Shown here: in pieces, positions 12,400-21,327 of the stretch
Layout of the letters: every line of letters begins with the position of its first letter
How positions within the stretch are numbered: position 1 is the first letter of the stretch
Source: Rozella allomycis CSF55
Lineage: Eukaryota
Assembly (NCBI GenBank): GCA_000442015.1
Contig: KE561190.1
Location: forward strand, 1 to 50,535
DNA: 50,535 nucleotides
Direction of reading: 5' to 3'
Program-made: the position numbers and the translations under genes
Notes under the pieces: model-generated
Told to the model about the DNA's origin: nothing
The model's input: the letters and a program-made list of their open reading frames with translations, nothing else
The model's database searches: none

Positions 12400-14084
12400 T
12401 TAACCTAATCGAATGATTCCAGCATCAATTAATTTTTGAATCTTGTCAGCAATCATGGGGTTCTTTAAATGATCTTTCAAGGCTTTTGGATCGCTTTGCA
12501 TTTGTTGTAAAATATTTTGCATGATTGGATCAGTCATAATTCTTTGAACTTCTGGATCTTTCATTGCGTTTTGAACTATTTCTTCTTGAGAGCCTGCTGA
12601 CTGAGTAGCCAATCTACATTGATTCATTTGCTGTTGAATTTCATGAGTGTGTTTGCCTTCTTTATCTCTATCCATAGCTTCTCTGCAAGTGCTCATGCAT
12701 TTGGAATATTCTCTCATGAAGAATTCAACGTTGGCTTTTCTAATGTAAGCTTTGATGAAATTGGGATCCAATTCCAAACATTTTTCACAATCTTTCAAAG
12801 CTTCAGGGAAGGCAGCCAACTTGTTGTAACAAGCTGCTCGGTTGGAATAACCTTTTGGCTCGGATGGGTTTCTTTTAATTGATTCAGTATAATGTTTCAT
12901 AGCTTCAACGTAGTTTCCTGCCTTGAATAATTCATTTCCCTTTTCTCTTTCTTTTTCTGAAATTTCGGGATTGATGTAGTCTCTCATTTCTTTTTCTTTC
13001 AACAACTTTTCAGCTTCTTTCAATTTATTTAAAACATCGGCATTTCTTCTTTCAGTTAAAGATTTATTGAAATATTTAATTGCTTCAGGATAGTTTTCCA
13101 ATTTCATATAACAATTTCCAACCCTAGCAAATGCTTTAGCAATCAAATTGTAGTCAGCTCTAATTTCTCTGCCTTTATCAACTGTTTCTAAGGCTTGTTT
13201 GATTGACTCTTCAAAGTTCCCTTGTTCAAAATAAACAGCAGATTTATTCAACAAAACTGCAACGTTTGTTTCATCCTTTTGAAAGGCTGCGTCATAATGC
13301 TTTAAAGCTTCCTCAAATTCTTTCTTTTTATAGAATTCATTTCCTAAAGCTTTTTCTTTGTCACTTTCCATTCTTTCAGTCGCGATTGGTTCTTCTTCTT
13401 TAGTCTCCTGCTTCACTGGCTCCTCCTTTTTAGGTTCCTCCTTTACCTCTTCCTTTGGAACGTCTGCCTCATTGTTATCTCCAGATCTAGACAATCCAGA
13501 CAAAACAGAAATAGCTTCCATAACTTTTTTATCATTCAAGTATTTCATGATATTTTTAGGATTGGATTGAAAGTCAATAATCTTTGCCATAAGTTCAGGA
13601 TCATTCATAAATTCCCTTGCCTTTGGATTATTAAACAATCCTGACATATCAAATCCCTTTTGACTTTCTAATTGATTTCCAGTCAAAACACTTACTCTTG
13701 CTTTCAGCTTCTTGCTTTCCTTTAATCAATACTTGGTTGTTCGGTTCAATAGAAAGACCTTCATCAAAGGCTTTTATGGCATCATCAATTCTGCCTAGAC
13801 CAATAAGAGCTGCTCCTTTTCTACTGTAGCCTTTTGCCCAATCCTTTTTCAACAATACAGTCTTTTCAGCATCAATCAACGCATTGTTGTAATCTTTTAA
13901 AAGAGAATACGCGGCAGATCGGTTCGAATACAACACATGGTTCGTTTCGTCAAGTTCAATAGCTTGTGAAAAAAATTTAACAGCAGTAGCACCGTCTCCA
14001 GATGAAAATGCTTTGTTTCCTTGGCTTTTTAATTCTTCAATCTATCTTTAACGGTAAACAAATTATTACCGATTGAGTAGTCAT
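12400..14084 (-). CDS. STI1: Hsp70/Hsp90 co-chaperone STI1/Hop (3 exons)
   Basis: TPR1 (LYSNRSAAY...WAKGYSRKGAAL), DP1, TPR2A/2B (EKALGNEFYKKK; EREKGNELFKAG) and DP2 (AMKDPEVQRIMTDP...KLIDAGIIRLG). Confidence 0.96.
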
Positions 14085-14099
14085 TTTCCAGAACTTTCG
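14085..14099 (-). promoter_or_regulatory. Perfect three-unit heat-shock element (nGAAnnTTCnnGAAn) directly before the STI1 ATG
   Basis: Minus strand reads cGAAagTTCtgGAAa-ATG. STI1 orthologues are known Hsf1 targets. Confidence 0.45.
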
Positions 14100-14697
14100 A
14101 TGGCGCAGTCATCAAGGCGAGTAATTTCAGTAAACAGACCTTACAATTGAAAGTATAAATTGTTTAATGTAAAATTATTTATTCGTAAAAAACTAAATTT
14201 TAAGTAGAATTTTTAACAAACTCTCGTCAACGGAATAAAACTCAGAAGTGAATACCAATCACCAGAATTCTACGACTCCAGAGCATCATATTATTTCCAA
14301 TTCTATTAAAAATTGAGATCATCCAACTATTAGATCGTTGCCATTGCTATTAATTCAAAACTCACTTGTTCCAGGTAATAAAAGATTTCCGAAATTTCAG
14401 AATCCCAGGAATAAATTCTACAATTTTTCTTATAACCCCTGCACAAAAAAGTAAGAAACTTTTCAACATAATCTTTTTATCGTGATGATTGAATTGTCAA
14501 GGTCCGTGTTTCTGAACCACTCTGATTATTCATTGACATCTGATACTTATTGCATATATTCTTTTTGTATTTTACAGTTTCTAACCTTAGGATTCTATCA
14601 TTCTCATTTGTGAACTTAACGTACTTGACATAAAATCGAAATAATAAACATTTTTTCACATTTAAGCTTTCACAAAATAAGCTTTCTTTACAATTTT

Positions 14698-15332
14698 ATG
14701 CGCTTCCCTCTTGCATTTCAAAAAAGAGACATCAGCAAAACTGCTGAACAATCAGAAGGTCGGGCGGTAGGAAACCAAGTTGTTACCAAAATCTTGGAAA
14801 ATGTTGATAGAGAAATTGAAAATATTGAATCAACATTGAATCGCCCGTCGTCATCAAAGAGCCAAAACAAGCGCAGCTCCAGTCGCGAAAGCTTTTCGGG
14901 ATCTTTTGAATGGGTAGGTGAAAGTAACCAGGATTCTCCCGTGATAATTCAAAGCGAGGGAGGTGTCAGTAGGATGGAAGATGTTAGATCAATCGAGGGC
15001 GACGTTGCGTCACAAGATTCATTGCAGTGCTCATTTAAAGATCTATCATTGATCAAAAATGCAGAATCTCAAACAGAAGGAAAGGTACATTACGTTCCTC
15101 TTGCCAAGGACTATTCAAAATGGAAACGAAAAAATGAAATTATGAAATTGAAGGCGAGTCCTTTTGGCGGGGAAAGTTATCGACATGGTGTTTCGTGTTT
15201 GCTTTCGGGTAAAAATTATTCAATTTATTTGTAAGAGTTATGGTGGGGTGTGGACTAATGTGGTGGTATTTAAATGAACTGAAAGGTGGTTACAAAAAGT
15301 CAAATTGTATTTTCTTTTCATACTGCTATTAA
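14698..15332 (+). CDS. Hypothetical low-complexity protein, possibly with a C-terminal transmembrane anchor
   Basis: 178-aa ORF. A 29-nt GT-AG intron near 15209 would continue it into ...GVSCLLSVMVGCGLMWWYLNELK. The 3' end is uncertain. Confidence 0.45.
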
Positions 15333-15375
15333 ATTTGTTTATTCAATTTTCAAATGCATTCTTCATTAGGCGATT

Positions 15376-16337
15376 CTATTTTACTGGGTCAACTTTATCC
15401 TTTGAGATAGCAAACGATGGTACAATCCATTCGCCACACGAGCATGTAGTACCGCTCCATGAGAAAGATCCAAGCTTATTTTTGCATTTCTTGCAATATA
15501 TCTATAAATGACTTATAAAGAATCATACCTTGCCACTTGGCTGCTGTAGTTCAGTTTCTGTCATAAAAGTCAATGGCTCCGTAAAATATATTCTACACTA
15601 TTTATTAATTATTAAAAATGTCTTACTTCGTTCTTAACTGAATGATCTAGCACATGATTAGATTCCACAACCATACTTCTATGGTCACACGCGCCATAAA
15701 TAAATTACCGGCACTTCCCACACCTTAAGTACGAAAATCTTGAATTTTCTTTGCTTGTATTTTCAATTCTTTCTGTCAAAAATGATGTGATCAAAGGTAG
15801 GTTTTTTGTGTCCAGAACAGATTGAATACCTTTACATTTGCCATCGTTTACATTAAACGAGCATGAAAAGGAGTCGTAAATTTTTAATTGTAGAGTAAAA
15901 CCGCTATTGGGACTATAAAGTTTATAGAAAATGCGTACTGTGCAACAACGTGATTCCTTTTTAGAACCTCGAATGCTTCATCGAACTTCATGGTTTTGTA
16001 CCTCATCAAGTATGCAATAACAATGGTAGCACTTCTAGAAATCCCAGCTGAGCAATGGACAACCAATCTGTTTCTTGGGTTAGCAAGTACAGAATGCATC
16101 TTTTCAGTAATTTCATCGAAAAGAACAAGAAAGTTAAATTCCGGTATATCCTGAATATTATAATTTATGGTTTCAACTCCATTAACTAGACCATCTTGGT
16201 TTAAATGCGCAACGTTGAGTATATGAGTAACCTTGTTTTTCTCAAGTAGCTTTAGATCTCTGGCAGCTGCATAACTAAGTCAATGTATTTTTTGCCTCGT
16301 ACTCAGATATGAATAAGTTTTCTAAAACTACGTCCAT
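15376..16337 (-). CDS. YVH1: Dual-specificity phosphatase YVH1/DUSP12 family
   Basis: Catalytic VHCSAGISRSATIVIAYLM and C-terminal zinc domain (RCGKCR...YCKKCKNKLGSFSWSGTTCSCGEWIVPSFAISKDKVD). Five GT-AG introns. Confidence 0.9.
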
Positions 16338-16380
16338 GAAACTCAGCCTCTTATCTTCGCTTGGCACACACATATATGTA

Positions 16381-16544
16381 CCAGCGGTTGTACTCGCTTC
16401 GCTTGCATTAAAAAATGATAAAACCAACTACCAAAGATCGCATGATTTTACAAATTGATAGGCATCTCCGCATCTGTACTCTATGCTTGCGCAGTGCGCT
16501 AACAAAAAACTTCACGTTGAAAAATCATTTTTGATTTATATAGA
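16381..16544 (-). mobile_element. Miniature non-autonomous Helitron-like element (164 bp)
   Basis: Minus strand reads A|TCTATATAAATC...GCGAAGCGAGTACAACCGCTGG|T: TC start, CTRR end, insertion between A and T, no TSD. The 3' ~90 bp recur at ~25487-25584. Confidence 0.55.
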
Positions 16545-16876
16545 TTGCCTTGAAACTAACAATTAACAAAACAACATATTTACCCACCATTTTACTCACA
16601 CCTTTTTTACTCACACCCAAAACACTTGAAGGGTAGTTTTGGGCCTTTGGCTCAGACGACAACGGTTAAGCATTAAAAATAAAAAATAACACTCATTATT
16701 AGTTAGAATATTAGTTCATATGACGCGCAGCGTCTTTAGATTCTTCTAATAGTGAATGCGCATCAGAGTTATGGGCCCAGCTCATACAAGATGGTAATAA
16801 TCTCGGAGTCTGAAAAAAGTAATGCGATCATGGGCAGCGTTGATTAGGGTTAATACTTAGAGACGCAATTGTAACA

Positions 16877-16948
16877 TCTTCGTTAGTATAGCGGTTAGTA
16901 TCTCCGCCTGTCACGCGGAAGACCGGGGTTCGATTCCCCGACGAAGAG
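16877..16948 (+). tRNA. tRNA-Asp(GTC)
   Basis: 72-nt cloverleaf: acceptor TCTTCGT/ACGAAGA, anticodon loop CTGTCAC, T arm GGGG-TTCGATT-CCCC, followed by TTTT. Confidence 0.97.
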
Positions 16949-17021
16949 TTTTGCATTTTAGATTTACATTAGGCCATTAAATCAGATTATAAAATTATTA
17001 GACTGGAATTTTCACAATCTA

Positions 17022-18518
17022 ATGACCTCACTGGCTTTCTTTTTGCTTATTATGTTGCAGGCCACTTTGTTAAAGACTTTGACCATTTGTGGTATTTGTA
17101 ACAGTGCAATAATGGAAGAAAGTCGTACTCAAACGTACACATTATCATACGATAGAAAATTTTACTACAAAATACAAGCGTGCAATCATGAATCAAAGTT
17201 CCATAATAATTGTATAGAAAGGTATATTTCGAGTGCCACTGCCGTTGTACATGACGAAGAAGAAACTGCAATTCCATCTCCGACATGCAACCATAGTATA
17301 AGTGTTCTTTCGTATGGGAAGGTTTTAGACCGTCAATTAAAGGAAATTTCTTGGGTATCATATTTGTTATTCTCTGTCTTGCAGAGCCCTGCACGGGTCG
17401 GATTTCAAGACCCGCGACCCGCAACCAGCCAGAAGCGGTAACTTGCGACCCACCCCACTAAATTTCAACTTCCAAAATCTCGACCCGCGACCCAACCCGC
17501 AGATTATACCCTGGTTTAGGTGGCTGGCATCTGAACCATTTCGTTTCATGTTTTATGCCAAATTTTATGAATATCATTATAGCAGTAAATCATTTTGCAT
17601 TGACTATTACTATATATATTTTATAACAACCTAGTACATTCCAATGATAAATGATCATACGTTACTCTTTTGAGTTTGGCATATCGTGGGCCCGTGGCTA
17701 GATCTGTAGGGCTATGTTATATGTATAACAGGAAATGTTATCATCCTAGTCTAATTAGTCTTTGTCTATTTTCAAATTTCTTTCATGAATAAATGGTCTA
17801 AAAAAATAATATATTAATGATTAACAGCACTTATCGACCAAAATGTAGTTATGACAAATTTTGACGCATAATGTCCCGCGCCAATATTTTAAACGGTTGC
17901 TTAAATCAAGATATTATATTAAATAAGCACAGTTTGGCCACTCAGTAAGGCAGGCATAGTTCAGTTGAATATAGAGTTGGCCATGAGCCAGCCGGCAACC
18001 GTTCGAGCCCTGACGTTTTGCTATTTTTTCATAAATAGCCCAACCAACTTCGACCCGCAACCCACCCATCATAAAAAATGTAGACCCGCAACCCAACCCA
18101 TTTGGCTATTTGCGGGTCGTGGGTTGGGTTTTTTGCGGGTCTGACCTGCAGACCCAAACCCGTGCAGGGTTCTGCTGTCTTGACAAGTCATGGCACAAAG
18201 GAGATTGCCGTGCACGCCGTGTCTTCATTTGTTTTAGAGCGATTGGATTTACTATCTACGGAAAAAGAATATTTTACTATGTCTGAAAGTCCTCAAAGTA
18301 GAATAACTATTGAGAGTTCAAGAATTGCACTATTTGAATCGATGATTATTCCACTGTTAATAAGTGCTTCATACTCCTATTGGGTCAATCCTCTTTTCCC
18401 ATTTTCTTTGCTCCGCCAGGAAGATTTGCGTCAACTGCTTAGATTGTTTTCTGCACAGTATTTTGTCATATTATTCAATGTTGTTTTATTGAAACTCTTC
18501 CATAGAGATAGACGATAG
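17022..18518 (+). pseudogene. Signal-peptide/RING/transmembrane gene disrupted by a hAT insertion
   Basis: Removing 17382-18182 fuses ...LLFSVL to TSHGTKE... in frame (231 aa). RING ligands are CGIC...CNH...H..C...SPTC, with the 7th Cys replaced by Ser (TCT). Confidence 0.8.
17382..18174. mobile_element. Non-autonomous hAT-superfamily DNA transposon (793 bp)
   Basis: 17-bp TIRs CAGAGCCCTGCACGGGT / ACCCGTGCAGGGTTCTG (1 mismatch); perfect 8-bp TSD CTGTCTTG at 17374-17381 and 18175-18182; subterminal ACCCGC repeats; no transposase. Confidence 0.92.
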
Positions 18519-18642
18519 TATTTAAATAAATACTTTAACTCATCAAAATTTTAATGACGCTGACACTTGATGTCCTAAATAGATCTTTCATATGATGTTT
18601 CCACGAGGCATGCATAACCTTACGCCACATTTTTTTCGCCTA

Positions 18643-19272
18643 ATGATCTTTCGACTTGGACTCCTCATCCTAGCTTTACTTAGCGTTGTCAAAGCTTCGG
18701 ATGATCATGACTGCACTATTTGCCTAGATGTTGTCCGGGATTCCCATAGATTTTCCAAGGTTATGCTTTCAAGTTCTGATAGAAGCGTTATTCGTATTTC
18801 TCTATGTCCTCATGTATTTCACGAAAAATGTATTGACAAATGGTTATCCTCGCCCACAGGATCACAACAGCCCTCTTGCCCTAACTGCCGACGAAAAATT
18901 TTTACCTTCAAGCTATCAGAGATCTTTATAGGTATTAATCTCTCCTTATTGTTATTTCTAATGAACAGTATTTTTAGATGGGACGTTTCTTACCTAAAAC
19001 TGAGCTTGCACTCTCTTCCACTAATCTTTGGCTATCTAAAGACCAATGCTTACAATGACTCTGGTGAAAATGTAAAAGTTTCAAATCTTGCATTGATTTT
19101 GATGACATTTATTACAGTCTGTGATTTTCTTCAATGGGGTTTAGCGAATACAATGGTTACCAATGTTTCAAATGGCCTAAATTCAACACAAATAGATCCA
19201 ATAGCGTTCAAAGTGTTGTATTTGATACTGCTTAAAGCATGGTCCATTAATAATATTCAAGAAGAAAATTAG
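18643..19272 (+). CDS. RING-H2 E3 ligase-like protein with an N-terminal signal peptide and C-terminal transmembrane segments
   Basis: MIFRLGLLILALLSVVKA|SDDHD followed by CTIC...CPHVFHEKCIDKW...CPNC (C3H2C3), then 3-4 hydrophobic segments. The in-frame ATG at 18592 is an alternative start. Confidence 0.85.
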   Translation: MIFRLGLLILALLSVVKASDDHDCTICLDVVRDSHRFSKVMLSSSDRSVIRISLCPHVFHEKCIDKWLSSPTGSQQPSCPNCRRKIFTFKLSEIFIGINLSLLLFLMNSIFRWDVSYLKLSLHSLPLIFGYLKTNAYNDSGENVKVSNLALILMTFITVCDFLQWGLANTMVTNVSNGLNSTQIDPIAFKVLYLILLKAWSINNIQEEN

Positions 19273-19298
19273 AATAAAAGAGTTTGAAATCGATGATT

Positions 19299-20636
19299 TT
19301 ATATAAGGTTGTATCGATATACATGGTTTCTTCTATTTTGAAACAAGCTAGTCCAGTATCGCTTAGCATTCTTTCGAAAACCAATAAGCCCAGCACAAAA
19401 AACCAATGAACAAAGTAGTAGTGGTTTCGGTTGAAAAAATGGGCTTTCAATTTTTTCAAAAGATATTTTTCCGCCGTTCAAGATATAATATGCCGCCCCT
19501 GGAGTCCACGAAAGGTTAATAATTTCCACTGTTGAATCATCGTGCTTTGAAAATTCGAATCCTTCAAAAAGTACATTTAATTCCCATGTTGCTTTGAAAC
19601 AAAGTTGTTCAATTTTCTCCTTGGATAATTTGGGATGTTTATTTTTAAGGACTACATAAGGTGTTTCACAAACTTCCTTTCCGAGGGCTTTGAATTCTGA
19701 ATAGCTTAGTCTACTTCTATTGAAAGAAAGATCACGCAAAGAATAATAAAAATCAGATAGCCCAACAAATTTAATATCTTCTAAACATCAAGTCTGTGAA
19801 CATATCTTACTCAAATCTTTTAAAGGAGCATGAACACCGTTAAAATAACAAGGTTCGTCCAGGCATTTTTTGGATTTATTAAGCAACTTTTTTACATGAT
19901 CAGAACATGTTTCAAAACTAGTTCCCTCTTTACAAACATTCTGACTTTCACTCTCCAAAAATTTCTTTCTCGCTTCGTTTGCTCCAAATCCTAGAAAAGT
20001 TTTAGCAAATACGTAAAATGAGTCATTGTTGACTTCTACGTGAACCAAATCTTCTATATGGTTTTCAACAGTATTTTCATCAGCCTTGAATGCTATTTGC
20101 ATGCTAGCGCCTCCCATCTCTACAATCCCAAATATTTCAGACAATGCTACGTTTGGGTATTTATCATTTAATTCCAAATTTACAGATAAGAAAGAAAAGA
20201 CCGCTTCTTCATAACCAGTTATGATTCTAACGTTCGCTTCATTTACAAACAGGCCAAAGGAAAGCAAACTTTCATAAGATAGTCTCAAAATTTCTTGCGC
20301 TTTACTCTCGCTTAATAATCTTAAGCCAGCCGTCGCGAACATTGACACTTCTACTTTTTCTTTCTCTTCACCAACTTCTTGCAGTATAGGACTCAACATA
20401 TTGTGCAGGTATTCTTTTATTTCACCAGTACTATCTTTTAATGATGAAATTCCTGGGTTAACATCATTATTTTTTAATAGTATAGGTCGATTTGTCACCG
20501 GCGAAAATTTGTATAGATAAGCCCTCGTGCCTGAAGATCCAGCATCTATCAAGAGTGCGTATTTTTCATCAGAAGGATTTACTGGCAAGCTAACCACTAT
20601 AAGTAGCAGGAAAGCGAAAACCTGCCAGAACAACAT
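19299..20636 (-). CDS. GDA1/CD39 family nucleoside phosphatase (apyrase), 2 exons
   Basis: Apyrase conserved regions IDAGSSGTR, ATAGLRLL, ITGYEEA, VEMGGASMQI and SWTPGAA; hydrophobic N- and C-terminal segments. Confidence 0.92.
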
Positions 20637-21089
20637 TATTGCACTAAGCCACAAACATCGGAGCTTATCAATTAAACAGAATCATTATGATATCTGATAA
20701 ATGTGAAAATTGATACTCAATAGTCAATAGGTGATAAAAATTCTAGAATTGTAGGCTTATATTGTAGATGCTAGTTAATGCTATTTTTCATTTGGAATCA
20801 GAGATAGAATCACAATTCCCAAACGTCACCTAAACAATGTCCATACCAGTCATCTGTGACTTGTTTTAAAGCTTACCAACATCCAAGAATTTTGGTATTC
20901 ACAGCCCGCGGCAGTGTAACATTGCACTTAACACTTATGGCTTCAAACTTTGGTTTTCACCAATGCCAATCAAAGATTAACTAGTTTTGTGACTTTAAAC
21001 TAAAACTTAGTAGTTAATGATTTGAATTCGATTCTATTTTATACTTAATGTGATTTCCAATAAAAGTTCCTAATTGATTCGAGCAAAAA

Positions 21090-21152
21090 CTCTTCGTCGG
21101 GGAAGGTCTTCCGCGTGACAGGCGGAGATACTCACCTCTGTACTAACGAAGA
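21090..21152 (-). pseudogene. tRNA-Asp(GTC) copy lacking 9 nt of the T arm (B box)
   Basis: Matches 16877-16948 except for 3 D-arm substitutions and deletion of GGGGTTCGA; followed by TTTTT. Confidence 0.85.
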
Positions 21153-21327
21153 TGTGCTCAGAAGTTTGCTGACCTTAACAAAAGTCAAATAGCAATTTGA
21201 AGACAACTTAATTAATCATTCTCATCTATGTTATTATGAGTGTTAATTGTAATAGTAGAACATTGAATGTCGAGTATTTGACTCTTGGCATATCCCTAAT
21301 TATCGATTGATAGTACCCTTGTTAAAT

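Noticed and set aside
16590..16645. TTTTACTCACACC direct repeat and neighbouring GGGTAGTTTTGGG, considered as a Mutator-like end
   Set aside because: No matching second terminus or TSD found in the window.
17405..17500. Short GACCCGC/ACCCGCAACC repeats, considered as a CRISPR or satellite array
   Set aside because: Irregular spacing, mirrored at the other end of the element; these are hAT subterminal repeats in a eukaryotic genome.
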